Part shown: piece after piece, positions 46,890-57,642 of the stretch
How positions within the stretch are numbered: the stretch's first letter is position 1
How the letters are laid out: each line of letters opens with the position of its first letter
IMG/VR virus record: IMGVR_UViG_3300013014_000024
Coordinates: 33,695 to 97,694 of that record
Length of the DNA stretch: 64,000 nucleotides
Direction: 5' to 3' (one strand)
Source of the DNA: a virus
Position numbers and translations under genes: made by a program
The notes under the pieces: model-generated
What the model was told of the DNA's origin: nothing
Seen by the model: only the letters and a program-made list of their open reading frames with translations
Databases searched by the model: none

Positions 46890-48647
46890 TTGACAAAAGA
46901 ACAATTAATAATAGAAGTTACGAAGTGCATGAGAAATACTCCATATGCACTTCGTACTTATTTACAGACATACGATAATACGGTATCAAAATACGTACCA
47001 TTGGACTTATTTCCAGACCAAGTTAGTCTTATTGAAGACTATGAAAAGTTCAATGAAAATATTGCATTAAAATATAGACAAGCCGGGGTATCCACAGTAA
47101 CCGCGGCATGGGCATCAAAAAAATTAGTTTTTGCAAAAAAACAAAAACCTGAAAAAATTCTAATTATTGCCAACAAATTAGATACCTCTGTTGAGATGGC
47201 AAATAAGATTAGGTCTTTTACTGAACAATGGCCTACTTGGGTAGGTGTAGGATTTTCACAAGAAAAAAACGCACAAAGACATTTTAAGTTAACTAATGAT
47301 TGTGAAGTTAAAGCGGTTGCAACATCAAAAGATGCCTTGAGGGGATATACTCCCACCATTCTTATTTTTGATGAGGCGGCGTTCATTGATGCGGACGGAG
47401 ATTTCTGGTCTGCGTGTATGGCATCACTTTCAACAGGGGGTAAAGTTATTGTGGTATCTACACCTAACGGATATGACCCAATTTATTATGAAATTTATGA
47501 CCAAGCATTAAGAAACATGAATGATTTTAAAATATCTGAAATGTTTTGGTATCGTGACCCAAGATATACAAGAGATTTGTATATGGTTAAAACAAATGAT
47601 TTGGTTCATTTCTTACTTAATAGAGAAGAATATTCTACTGATGTGGTAATTAATTTACCTGTAGATAATCCATACGAAAGGGACCATTCTATCGTTACAG
47701 AATACATTAAACAAGGATATAAACCTTGTTCTGCGTGGTTTGAAGGGATGGTTAAAAAACTCAAATACGATAGGAGAAAAGTGGCTCAGGAGTTGGAGTG
47801 TAATTTCTTAGGTTCAGGTGATAATGTATTTGAATCTGAAATACTACAAAGTATTGCTCAAAATACTTTACAAGAACCTGGTGCAAAACTTATGGGTAAT
47901 GCGTTATGGATATGGAAAGAACCTATAGTTGGACATAAATACGTTATGGGTGTGGATGTGTCAAGAGGTGATTCTGAAGATTTTTCTTGTATTGAGATAA
48001 TAGACTTTGATGAGAATGAACAAGTTCTTGAATACGTCGCCAAAGTCCCTCCTGACGTTGTTGCCGAAATTGCATATAAGTGGGGTACAATGTATGATGC
48101 GTTTTGTGTTGTTGATTTAACAGGAGGAATGGGAGTTGCAACTGCAAGAAAATTACAAGAACTTAACTATAAGGGATTATACATTGATAATACTACTGAT
48201 ACTTCAAATAAATGGAAATGGGACCCAAAGATAAATGAGAAAATACCAGGAATTAATTTTAATAGTAAACGTGTTCAAATTATTGCATCTTTTGAAGAGT
48301 CGGTAAGACATGGATTTAAGGTTAGGTCTCATAGATTATATAACGAAATGAATACTTTTGTTTATATTAACGGAAGACCAGACCATCAAAAAGGACACCA
48401 TGATGATTGTATTATGGGATTATCAATGGCAACCTATGTGGCCGAAAAATCATTCCAACAATTAACTAAAAATTTGAATCACACAAAGGCTATGATAGAT
48501 TCATGGTCTGTTTCTGTAAATGAAAATAAAAATTCTTCGCAGTTTTTTAATCCAATGATATCACAAACAGACTCAAAAAGACAATATTTTCCTAATCAAG
48601 GACCTAGTAGAAGTGATTATGAAAAATATAGATGGTTGTTCTTTTAA
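46890..48647 (+). CDS. terL: terminase large subunit (T4 gp17-like)
   Basis: KYRQAGVST, LIFDEAAF, STPNG, QELEC.F, GVDVSRG...D, HDD. Confidence 0.95.
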   Translation: MTKEQLIIEVTKCMRNTPYALRTYLQTYDNTVSKYVPLDLFPDQVSLIEDYEKFNENIALKYRQAGVSTVTAAWASKKLVFAKKQKPEKILIIANKLDTSVEMANKIRSFTEQWPTWVGVGFSQEKNAQRHFKLTNDCEVKAVATSKDALRGYTPTILIFDEAAFIDADGDFWSACMASLSTGGKVIVVSTPNGYDPIYYEIYDQALRNMNDFKISEMFWYRDPRYTRDLYMVKTNDLVHFLLNREEYSTDVVINLPVDNPYERDHSIVTEYIKQGYKPCSAWFEGMVKKLKYDRRKVAQELECNFLGSGDNVFESEILQSIAQNTLQEPGAKLMGNALWIWKEPIVGHKYVMGVDVSRGDSEDFSCIEIIDFDENEQVLEYVAKVPPDVVAEIAYKWGTMYDAFCVVDLTGGMGVATARKLQELNYKGLYIDNTTDTSNKWKWDPKINEKIPGINFNSKRVQIIASFEESVRHGFKVRSHRLYNEMNTFVYINGRPDHQKGHHDDCIMGLSMATYVAEKSFQQLTKNLNHTKAMIDSWSVSVNENKNSSQFFNPMISQTDSKRQYFPNQGPSRSDYEKYRWLFF

Positions 48648-48690
48648 TGATAACTATTTATATTATCAAACATAAATCTAAATTTATATC

Positions 48691-50529
48691 ATGGCAGAAA
48701 ATAATTTAACGGTTTGGCAAAGGTTAGGAAAAGCATTCGGACCTAATTCATTATTGGGTCAAGACTACCCTACATTCAAATTTGACAAAAAAGAACTTTT
48801 AAGAACTCAAGATAAATCAGAATACGAAAGAGAAAAGTTACAAGCACAACAAAGTTATTACCTTGCAAATCAATGGGCAAAGGTTGAAAATAATTTATAT
48901 TCACAAGCGATTTATTATGAACCAACAAGACTTTCGGCAACTTATGATTACGAAAGTATGGAGTATACTCCTGAGATTGCTGCAGCACTAGACATTTATT
49001 CGGAAGAATCTACAACAGTAAATGAAGACGGATATATGTTACAAATATATTCAGAGTCAAAAAGAATTAAGTCAGTTTTAGCTGACTTGTTTAATAACAC
49101 TTTGGATATAAACACAAATTTATCAATGTGGACAAGGAATGTTTGCAAATTTGGAGATAATTTTATTTATCTAAAATTAGACCCTGAAAAGGGTATTGTG
49201 GGTTGTCAACAATTACCAAACATTGAAATAGAGAGACATGAGATTGGAACTACTGATACTCAAACAGTGGACTTAGGAAAGAAAGAGGCCAAAAAAGGGT
49301 TAACATTCCAATGGAAACAAAAAAATATGACTTTCCAAACTTGGGAAGTTGCTCACTTTAGATTATTAGGGGATGATAGAAAACTTCCTTACGGAACTTC
49401 AATGCTTGATAAGGCTAGAAGAATTTGGAAACAATTATTACTTTCTGAAGACGCAATGATGATTTATAGAACATCAAGAGCACCCGAAAGAAGAGTTTTC
49501 AAAGTATTTGTTGGAAACATGAATGATGAGGATGTTGAAGCATATGTAAACCGTGTTGCCGATAAATTTAAAAGACAGCAGGTTGTGGACCAAAAAACAG
49601 GTAATGTTGATTTAAGATTTAATCAGATGGCGGTTGACCAAGATTACTTTATTCCTGTTAGAGACCCAGCAACACCATCACCAATTGAAACATTGCCAGG
49701 TGCTCAAAATTTATCAGAAATTGCCGATATTGAATATATTCAGAAAAAATTATTAACCGCTCTTCGCGTACCTAAAGCATTTTTGGGGTTTGAAGAAGTT
49801 GTTGGAGATGGAAAAAACCTGTCTTTACAGGATATTCGTTTTGCGCGAACAATTAATAGAATACAAAAATGTATGCTGGCCGAATTAAATAAAATTGCCA
49901 TTGTACATTTATTTTTATTGGGGTTTGAAGACGAAATTTCAAATTTTACATTAGGTCTTTCAAATCCATCAACACAGTCGGATTTGTTAAAAATTGATGT
50001 TTGGAAAGAAAAAGTACTATTATATAAAGATTTGGTTGCAGACCCAGGAAATGGTATTTCGGCAACCTCATCAACGTGGGCTAAAAAACATATATTTAAT
50101 TTCTCAGATGATGAAATCAGAACTGATTTGTTACAACAAAGATTTGAAAGGGCTCTTGGTGAAGAATTAAAACAAACACCGACAGTGATTACAAAAACAG
50201 GTATATTTGACAATATTGATAAATTATATGGTGGTATGAGTGGTGCAACAGGAGGAGCTTCAGCACCATCTACAAGTGAACCAGATATGGGTGGTGGATT
50301 TGGTGGAGGTTCACCTGAGCCATCTTTAGGACCTGAAACAGGAGGAGCACCTCCACCTGGTCCTGAAGAAACCACAACATCGGAAGTAACACCTGAGTCT
50401 CAAAGTGACAGACTTAATTTATTGGTGGAAAATAATTATTTGGTGGGTTCTAGATTTATTAATTTAGAACAAGGTCAAGATTCTTTGGGAGAAATTGAAA
50501 AAGAATTGGATAAGTTATTAAACTCGTAA
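48691..50529 (+). CDS. portal protein (T4 gp20-like)
   Basis: EDAMMIYRTSRAPERRVF, DYFIPVR, IETLPG, DIEYIQKKL..ALRVP. Confidence 0.95.
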   Translation: MAENNLTVWQRLGKAFGPNSLLGQDYPTFKFDKKELLRTQDKSEYEREKLQAQQSYYLANQWAKVENNLYSQAIYYEPTRLSATYDYESMEYTPEIAAALDIYSEESTTVNEDGYMLQIYSESKRIKSVLADLFNNTLDINTNLSMWTRNVCKFGDNFIYLKLDPEKGIVGCQQLPNIEIERHEIGTTDTQTVDLGKKEAKKGLTFQWKQKNMTFQTWEVAHFRLLGDDRKLPYGTSMLDKARRIWKQLLLSEDAMMIYRTSRAPERRVFKVFVGNMNDEDVEAYVNRVADKFKRQQVVDQKTGNVDLRFNQMAVDQDYFIPVRDPATPSPIETLPGAQNLSEIADIEYIQKKLLTALRVPKAFLGFEEVVGDGKNLSLQDIRFARTINRIQKCMLAELNKIAIVHLFLLGFEDEISNFTLGLSNPSTQSDLLKIDVWKEKVLLYKDLVADPGNGISATSSTWAKKHIFNFSDDEIRTDLLQQRFERALGEELKQTPTVITKTGIFDNIDKLYGGMSGATGGASAPSTSEPDMGGGFGGGSPEPSLGPETGGAPPPGPEETTTSEVTPESQSDRLNLLVENNYLVGSRFINLEQGQDSLGEIEKELDKLLNS

Positions 50530-50554
50530 TATTTATTTGAAAACAAACCCCCAT

Positions 50555-51259
50555 ATGACGTTCGGTTTAATAAAATCCATAATTGAGAAAAATCTTTTAG
50601 AGACTTACAAAGATGAAAAATCTTTTAAGCGTGCAATAAATGAATTCAGGCATAATATTTTGAATAATAAAGATATATCTAAAATATATTCTTTATATGA
50701 TGATTTATCAAAATCACAAGGATTAAATCAAGAAGATGCAAAAGAATTTGTTTCTGAGGGGATTTATTTAATTCAAAAACTCTTACCAAAAATTAAATTA
50801 CCAAAAATAATTGGTGAATCAGAAGTTGAAAACAAATATAAACTTATTGATGAACTGGTTTATACAAATAATATAATTAATTTAACTGAAAGGGTTCAAA
50901 TTAGAAAACAACTTGTTAAGAATATACAAGAGTCTGTAAAACCAACTCTTGATAATATCAATATACCAATTAGTAGTATGGTAAAAATAGCCAATCAAAC
51001 TATTAATAGTTATCTTGAAACTTTGGATGAGGAGTCCAAAAAAGAATTTTTTGAAATTATCAAAGAAGATACTACCGAACTTGAAACTAAATTCAATTTA
51101 ATTAAAGAAGAGTCAATAAATAAATTGACAATTTTAATAGAATCTGAAAATGATTCTGATATTAAAGTTAAATTAAAAGACACAATTAATAAAATTCAAG
51201 AAGATAGTTTCAATCAAATTAATTTATTAAAACTTAGAAAATTAAATAAATCACTTTAA
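50555..51259 (+). CDS. hypothetical head-region protein
   Basis: ORF between portal and bS21. Confidence 0.7.
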   Translation: MTFGLIKSIIEKNLLETYKDEKSFKRAINEFRHNILNNKDISKIYSLYDDLSKSQGLNQEDAKEFVSEGIYLIQKLLPKIKLPKIIGESEVENKYKLIDELVYTNNIINLTERVQIRKQLVKNIQESVKPTLDNINIPISSMVKIANQTINSYLETLDEESKKEFFEIIKEDTTELETKFNLIKEESINKLTILIESENDSDIKVKLKDTINKIQEDSFNQINLLKLRKLNKSL

Positions 51260-51441
51260 AAATCTTTTTTACTCTGAATGTAAATTGCTTTAAGTAATTT
51301 ACTTCTATTTTTAATTGATTTTTTTATATATTCTTTTTTACTATTCAGAATTTTTTGCTGTTTTGTTTTAATTACTTTAGACTTAAGAGTCTTTAGCGCT
51401 TTTTCAATAGAATCGTTATTTTTAAGTTCAATTATTAACAT
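51256..51441 (-). CDS. rpsU: ribosomal protein bS21 homolog
   Basis: MLII.....SIEKALK.LK.KV.KT.....L...KEY.K.S...R pattern. 61 aa, basic. Confidence 0.8.
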   Translation of the reverse strand: MLIIELKNNDSIEKALKTLKSKVIKTKQQKILNSKKEYIKKSIKNRSKLLKAIYIQSKKDF

Positions 51442-51535
51442 ATATTAAAAATATATTGATATTAGTTTTTTTTGACTACAAACATATTATATGTTATGTT
51501 TATCACAACATAAACAATTAATAATATGAAAATTA

Positions 51536-51964
51536 ATGAAAAAAGGAAAAAGTGTAAAAATGAATGTATCAAATACATTTAAATCAGTGTATGGTACGGT
51601 AGACTCCAAAAATCTCAAATCCTTATATATAAACATACAATCATGGGTATCCCCAAAATACGAGTTAGATAGTTGGAATAGGGTTGTTGGGAATCTAAGT
51701 AGGGAATTAAAACACACAATCTTTGATTCAATCAATACAAAAATTTTTACAAAAAATTCAATAGTAGATTTAGACTTACGAACAAGTGGAATTTCATCAG
51801 GAAAAAAATCTTTTTTTAATTTAGAAATAAACCTATATCTTGATAAAGAAATAGACTTTAAATCAAATGAAATTAAAGATTCAATAAAATCTATTGTAAA
51901 AAATATTCAAAGAAGTAATATAAACAATAATGATTATTTTGAGTTTTCTTTAACTAAAAAGTAA
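51536..51964 (+). CDS. hypothetical protein
   Basis: 142-aa ORF divergent from bS21. Confidence 0.7.
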   Translation: MKKGKSVKMNVSNTFKSVYGTVDSKNLKSLYINIQSWVSPKYELDSWNRVVGNLSRELKHTIFDSINTKIFTKNSIVDLDLRTSGISSGKKSFFNLEINLYLDKEIDFKSNEIKDSIKSIVKNIQRSNINNNDYFEFSLTKK

Positions 51965-52012
51965 AATTGATGAACTATTACTTACATCAAATATTTATTT
52001 AAAAACTATTTG

Positions 52013-52729
52013 ATGAAAAAATTAAGAATACTTGAAGCTCATGAACTTGGTCATGGTATATTAGTGGAAATGGATGCCGGATTGATTGACCCAAGAAACC
52101 ATTCTAACTTACCAATATTAGAACAAAAACAATTTGATTATCGTAATCCATTTGAATTTTATGCCGTCTTACAGAAATATGATACTCCAAATAGAAATGG
52201 TAGATTTTATCCTGAAAGACTTTTAAAAAGAGAAGCGGAAAAATATAAAACCGTAATTAAAAAAGGATTATCAACATCAGAACTTAATCACCCTGAATCA
52301 TCATTGATTGACCTTGATAGGGTTTCTCATATCATAAACGATATTTGGTGGGACAAAAATATTTTAATGGGTAAATTAAAATTATTAACATCACCAGGAT
52401 TTCATGAGAGAGGTGTTGTAACTACTAAAGGAGACATTGCGGCCAACCTATTAAGACAAGGAGTTAGTTTAGGAATTTCCTCAAGGGGTGTTGGTTCTTT
52501 AAAGAAGGTAGGTGAAAGAAATGAAGTACAAGACGATTTTGAATTAATTTGTTTTGATTTGGTTTCTTCTCCATCCACACCAGGAGCTTACTTGTTTGAC
52601 AATGTTGACGACAGACAAAAATATGAAGAAAATTTAGAAGAAGAAAAAAAAATTCAGATGTCATCATCACCTAAAATTAACCAGTCTATTGATTTAATGA
52701 AAAAATTATCCGATTATTTAGGTAAATAA
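52013..52729 (+). CDS. prohead protease (T4 gp21-like)
   Basis: NRNGRFYP, ELNHP, GISSRGVGS, DLVSSPSTPGA. Confidence 0.95.
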   Translation: MKKLRILEAHELGHGILVEMDAGLIDPRNHSNLPILEQKQFDYRNPFEFYAVLQKYDTPNRNGRFYPERLLKREAEKYKTVIKKGLSTSELNHPESSLIDLDRVSHIINDIWWDKNILMGKLKLLTSPGFHERGVVTTKGDIAANLLRQGVSLGISSRGVGSLKKVGERNEVQDDFELICFDLVSSPSTPGAYLFDNVDDRQKYEENLEEEKKIQMSSSPKINQSIDLMKKLSDYLGK

Positions 52730-52734
52730 TAAAC

Positions 52735-52947
52735 ATGAACGAAAAATATTTTGTAGCAAAAATTACCTACGATTTACCTGACGATAATTCAGGGAAAATT
52801 AAAAAAATTAGAGAAGAAAAACTTGTAAGGGGATTTAGTGTAACTGATGTAGAAGCTAAAATAACAAAAGTTTACGAATCTTTTTCTTATGATTGGAGAA
52901 TAACTTCGGTTTCGGAAAGTAAAATAGATGAGGTTATTGAAAAATAA
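52735..52947 (+). CDS. DUF4494-like small protein
   Basis: KKIREEKLV.GFSVTDVEA...I.SVSESKI. Confidence 0.6.
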   Translation: MNEKYFVAKITYDLPDDNSGKIKKIREEKLVRGFSVTDVEAKITKVYESFSYDWRITSVSESKIDEVIEK

Positions 52948-53057
52948 TTTTTAAAGTGGTCAAATTTGACCACTTTTTTTATGCTTATTATTTAAAATAA
53001 ATGTAAGAAGTAATCTTTTTTCAATAAAGACACTATTTATTGTTTAAAGAAAATAAT

Positions 53058-54572
53058 ATGCAAGAAAATAAGAATCTTGTTGAAGAGGCTCTAATTCAAA
53101 TGAAAAATGTTGAAGAAGCTATAGCCGAAAATGCAAAAGGAATACTTGCTTCTACAATGAAGGAAGAAATCAGCCAATTAGTAAAAGAATCTCTATCTGA
53201 ACAAGAAGAGTTGGACGTAGATTCTGAGGTAGATGATATCTCAGATGATAATCTTAGCATGGATTCTGATATGGAAGATGATTCTGATATGGAAGATGAT
53301 TCTGATATGGAAGATGATTCTGATATGGAAGATGATTCTGATATGGAAGATGATTTTGACATGGAAGATGATTCTGATATGGAAGATGATTTTGACATGG
53401 AAGATGATTCTGATATGGAAGAACCAATTGATTTAACTGATGCTTCTGATGAAGAAATTCTTAAAGTATTCAAAGCGATGGGTGAAGAAGATGGAATTAT
53501 TGTTAAAAAAGACGGTAATGACATACACTTATCAGATAATGATTCTGATGTAGAATATCTTGTTAAATTAGGTGAATCCGAAGAAGAAAATTATGAAAGT
53601 ATGGAATACAACGAAGAAATAGAAGAGAATAACACTCAAGATGTTATTGATGCAATTTTTGGCGATTCAAGTAATAACATGAAAACTACTGATGAAGACG
53701 TTGTTTATGAAATTGAATTCACTGAAGAAGATGACATGGATGAAATGTATGAATACATGGATAAAATGGACGGCCATGACATGGATGAAATGTATGAATA
53801 TGATGACATGGATGAAATGGAAGGTCACGACATGTATGAATCTTATGGTCATAAGAAGTCAAAAAAAGTAGAAACAAAAGAAAGTAAAATGTCTGTTAAA
53901 CCTAAAGGTGTTGGAATTGGTAGCGGACCTAAGTTTAACTATAAAAAAGGACCTTCTAAAGGATTTAAAGAAGACAGAAAAGAAGGACCTAAAACTATGG
54001 GAACTGGTAAAGCTAAATTTGAATACAAAGAGGGTGAAAACATGGAAGGTAAAATGAAACCTTTAAAAAAGAAAGTTGAGACTAAAGAGGCGGCACGTAC
54101 TTATGGTTTCGGTTCTAAAGACAAATCAAGAGGTCTTAGAAAAGGAATTACGCCTAATAGAAACTTAACTTTTGAATCATTAGAAACAGAAGTTAGTTCT
54201 TTGAGAGATAAGAATGAAGAGTATAGAAAGGCATTGAATGTTTTTAGAGAAAAATTGAACGAAGTTGCAATTTTCAATTCTAATCTTGCATATGCCACGA
54301 GACTTTTCACCGAACACTCAACAACTAAAAAAGAAAAAATAAACATTCTTAGAAGATTTGACAATGTTGAAACTTTAAAAGAGTCCAAAGGACTTTATAG
54401 AGTAGTAAAAGACGAATTGTCTAAGACAGAAACAAAATCGTTGAATGAAACTGTAGGTAACAAATTAAATAAAAGTGTTCAAACAGGTTCTTCATCAACT
54501 CTAATTGAAAGTAAAACATATGAAAACCCTCAATTTTTGAGGATTAAAGATTTGATTACAAAGATTAGATAA
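53058..54572 (+). CDS. prohead scaffold/core protein (gp22-like position)
   Basis: Acidic coiled-coil ORF between protease and capsid protein. Confidence 0.75.
   Translation: MQENKNLVEEALIQMKNVEEAIAENAKGILASTMKEEISQLVKESLSEQEELDVDSEVDDISDDNLSMDSDMEDDSDMEDDSDMEDDSDMEDDSDMEDDFDMEDDSDMEDDFDMEDDSDMEEPIDLTDASDEEILKVFKAMGEEDGIIVKKDGNDIHLSDNDSDVEYLVKLGESEEENYESMEYNEEIEENNTQDVIDAIFGDSSNNMKTTDEDVVYEIEFTEEDDMDEMYEYMDKMDGHDMDEMYEYDDMDEMEGHDMYESYGHKKSKKVETKESKMSVKPKGVGIGSGPKFNYKKGPSKGFKEDRKEGPKTMGTGKAKFEYKEGENMEGKMKPLKKKVETKEAARTYGFGSKDKSRGLRKGITPNRNLTFESLETEVSSLRDKNEEYRKALNVFREKLNEVAIFNSNLAYATRLFTEHSTTKKEKINILRRFDNVETLKESKGLYRVVKDELSKTETKSLNETVGNKLNKSVQTGSSSTLIESKTYENPQFLRIKDLITKIR
53262..53423 (+). 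repeat. 9 x 18-bp tandem repeat encoding D(S/F)DME(D/E)
   Basis: gattctgatatggaagat units. Confidence 0.9.
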
Positions 54573-54606
54573 TAAAATAAATAAACAATTAAATAAAACA
54601 AACAAC

Positions 54607-56400
54607 ATGGGAGCTTTATTAGAATCAGGTCTTGTTGGTAATATTGGTCTTAAGCACCTTAAAGTTATCAAAGAAGACACAATCAACAAATGGGACAGCT
54701 TAGGTTTCTTAGAAAGCCTTAAGGGTCACATGAAAGAAAATGTAGCACAGCTATATGAAAACCAAGCATCATATCTTATTAACGAAGCATCATCAACAGG
54801 TGATGTAGGTGCTTTTGAAACTGTAGTTTTTCCAATTATCAGAAGAGTTTTCTCTAAGTTATTGGCTAACGACATCGTATCAGTACAAGCAATGAATTTA
54901 CCTATCGGTAAATTGTTCTACTTTGTACCAAACGTTCAAAGTTATGCAGACGCAGCAAACCAGCACTACGCACCTTACGGTTCTCCAAATATGGTTGATG
55001 GTCAGACACCTAATAGTGGATATAACTATAATAGTGGAAGAACCCTTTATGACAGATTTTATGAAGGTAATGAACCGGCTTTAGACCCACCAGGTCTTTT
55101 TGATTATTCTAAAGGTCAGTTCTCAGCAATTACTGCAACTGTATATACTGCGGCTTGGAATAGTACAACACTTAATCTTGAGCAATCGGCTTACGCTCTT
55201 GATTCTTATAGAAAAGTTTTGATTATTATGTCAGGATTTGCTACAGCTGGAGCGGGTAAGTTAATTGGACCAGATGGTAATCCGATAGATAACGAATCTT
55301 TCCTTTCTGATTTGACTATATATGGTGCATCTGGTAACGTATACACTTCTGCAAACACGACAAATCCTTATCTATTTAGAGTTGTAACTCAAAGATATGG
55401 TAAAGGTATTGTACAATACGGTAACAACAACACTACATTAACATTCCCTGATTCAAAAACAGGTGGTGGACAGTATGACAATATTTGTGATGTTAATGGA
55501 AATATCTATCTTGAAGTTGACCTTCAAGTACCTTGTACTGTAGGACAAAATTCTCTTGATGGTTATTCAGGTTCATCTTTCTCATCTTCTACAGTTGCAA
55601 ATAGTGCATTTGGCGCAACTTATAGAATCTATAAGAATCTTGAATTTGAAGATAAAATTGGTGAGGTTTCTTTTGACCTTCAATCAGTAACAGTTTCTGT
55701 AACTGAAAGAAAATTAAGAGCACAATGGTCACCAGAAATGGCACAAGACGTTGCTGCATTCCACAACATTGACGCTGAAGCTGAATTGACAGCTTTATTA
55801 TCTGAACAAGTTGCTGCTGAAATTGATAGAGAAATCTTGAGAGACCTTAGAAAAGGTGCAGCTTGGAACTTGAGATGGGATTACAACGGTTGGAAGAGAC
55901 TAGGTACTAACGCAGTTCCTTACACTCAGAAAGACTGGAACCAAACTCTTATCACTGCAATCAATCAAATTTCAGCTCAAATCCATAAGTCTACTCTTAG
56001 AGGTGGTGCTAACTGGATTGTTGTATCTTCTGAAATCAGTGCAATTTTTGATGACTTGGAGTATTTCCACGTTTCAAACGCAGCTCCTGAGCAAGACCAG
56101 TACAACATGGGTATTGAAAGAGTTGGTACACTTGCTGGTAGATATCAAGTTTACAGAGACCCTTACTTCCCAGCAAACCAAGTTTTGATGGGTCACAAAG
56201 GAACTTCTTTGTTAGACACTGGATACATCTACGCACCGTATGTACCACTACAATTAACTCCAACAATGTACAATCCGTTTAACTTTACACCAATCAAGGG
56301 TATTATGACGAGATACGCAAAAAAGATGGTGAACAATCGCTTTTATGGCAGAATTACAGTTGATGGTGTTAGAACATTTGATTTAAAAGAATTGAGATAA
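54607..56400 (+). CDS. major capsid protein (T4 gp23-like)
   Basis: VSVQAMNLP.GKLFY, RKLRAQWSPEMAQD, EIDREI, YAPYVP, P.KGIMTRY. Confidence 0.97.
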   Translation: MGALLESGLVGNIGLKHLKVIKEDTINKWDSLGFLESLKGHMKENVAQLYENQASYLINEASSTGDVGAFETVVFPIIRRVFSKLLANDIVSVQAMNLPIGKLFYFVPNVQSYADAANQHYAPYGSPNMVDGQTPNSGYNYNSGRTLYDRFYEGNEPALDPPGLFDYSKGQFSAITATVYTAAWNSTTLNLEQSAYALDSYRKVLIIMSGFATAGAGKLIGPDGNPIDNESFLSDLTIYGASGNVYTSANTTNPYLFRVVTQRYGKGIVQYGNNNTTLTFPDSKTGGGQYDNICDVNGNIYLEVDLQVPCTVGQNSLDGYSGSSFSSSTVANSAFGATYRIYKNLEFEDKIGEVSFDLQSVTVSVTERKLRAQWSPEMAQDVAAFHNIDAEAELTALLSEQVAAEIDREILRDLRKGAAWNLRWDYNGWKRLGTNAVPYTQKDWNQTLITAINQISAQIHKSTLRGGANWIVVSSEISAIFDDLEYFHVSNAAPEQDQYNMGIERVGTLAGRYQVYRDPYFPANQVLMGHKGTSLLDTGYIYAPYVPLQLTPTMYNPFNFTPIKGIMTRYAKKMVNNRFYGRITVDGVRTFDLKELR

Positions 56401-56421
56401 TCAATCTTTTACAAATACACT

Positions 56422-56451
56422 AAAAGGGACAAGAAATTGTCCTTTTTTTTT
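56422..56451 (+). terminator. intrinsic terminator after the capsid gene
   Basis: AAAGGGACAA-GAAA-TTGTCCCTTT followed by a T run. Confidence 0.8.
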
Positions 56452-56505
56452 ATAATTTTTTGTAATAAAAGATTTTTTGGTATAATTGTTATATATTTAT
56501 ATTAT

Positions 56506-57189
56506 ATGAGGAAATTTATACCAACAGAAGAAGAATTAAAAAATATACTTAAAATGTATAATGAGGAACTATTAGGGTCTCAAACTATTTCTGAAAAAAC
56601 AGGAATTAGTAAACCAACAGTTCTAAGAATATTAAAAGAGAATGGTGTTGAAATGGGACCATCCGGTAGACGATTTATTGGTGGTAAAAAAATTGCAGAT
56701 AAAAAATGGAGAGATGGTAATAAAGAATATATATCACAAAAACATAAAAAATGGTCTGAAGGTAAACAAGAACAACTAAAAGAATATCATCAAAAATGGA
56801 GAGATAAAAATATTGATAGACATAGAGAATATAAACGTAACTACGAAAAGACCCGTAAACACAATGACCCAATCTATAAACTCATAGCCAATTTCAGGAC
56901 TGCGATTTATACTGTATTAAAGGAAAATAATATGGATAAGTATGGTCATTACTTTGATATTTTGAAATATTCCCCTGACGAGTTAGTAGTTCATTTAGAG
57001 AATCAATTCACAGAGGATATGACGTGGGATAATTACGGGGAATGGCATGTTGACCACAGATTACCCATTACATCATTTAAGTTCCAAGAAGTGGGTGATA
57101 ATGAGTTTATGAGATGTTGGGAATTAAATAATCTTCAACCTATGTGGGGTGATGAAAATATTATTAAAGGAGATAAGATTATTTACTAA
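56506..57189 (+). mobile_element. free-standing HNH-like endonuclease with N-terminal HTH
   Basis: MTWDNYGEWHVDHRLP...NLQPMW..EN..K. ATG 56506 follows TATTTAT. Confidence 0.75.
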
Positions 57190-57398
57190 AAAAGGGTCCC
57201 GTGAGACCCTTTTTTTATTGAACAATACTTAGTACTGTATCCAAAATACAAACAACGTAATAATGTTAATTCTTGTCTTTTAGGTTCAAAAAAATCATCG
57301 TGGATGGGTTTATGACCATCAAATATTAATTTTGTATTTTCAAGTTCCAATTCAATTATCCTTGACATTATTTGATTCCTGTCCTGTTGTGTCATCAT
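57186..57398 (-). CDS. hypothetical protein
   Basis: Small ORF. Confidence 0.45.
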   Translation of the reverse strand: MMTQQDRNQIMSRIIELELENTKLIFDGHKPIHDDFFEPKRQELTLLRCLYFGYSTKYCSIKKGSHGTLF

Positions 57399-57615
57399 AT
57401 GAATAAGTTTCTTTATTAATTATCCTTAAGCATTTAGAAAGTAATTCAGATTCCGTCAAATTAAAAACATTTTTTGAATGTGCGTATTCCAAAGCTTGTG
57501 TTAATAAGTAGGGTACGTTTTTTTTATCTAAATTATCAATCATATTTTCAATAGATTCATCTGAAAAATATGCTATTGTTTCAAATAAAAAACCTTTAGG
57601 TTGTTTCTCTTGCAT
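57352..57615 (-). CDS. hypothetical protein
   Basis: 87-aa ORF. Confidence 0.6.
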   Translation of the reverse strand: MQEKQPKGFLFETIAYFSDESIENMIDNLDKKNVPYLLTQALEYAHSKNVFNLTESELLSKCLRIINKETYSYDDTTGQESNNVKDN

Positions 57616-57642
57616 AATATTATTTTTGGATATTTATAATAT

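Noticed and set aside
53262-53423. CRISPR array
   Set aside because: Contiguous in-frame repeats with no spacers. No cas genes in the window.
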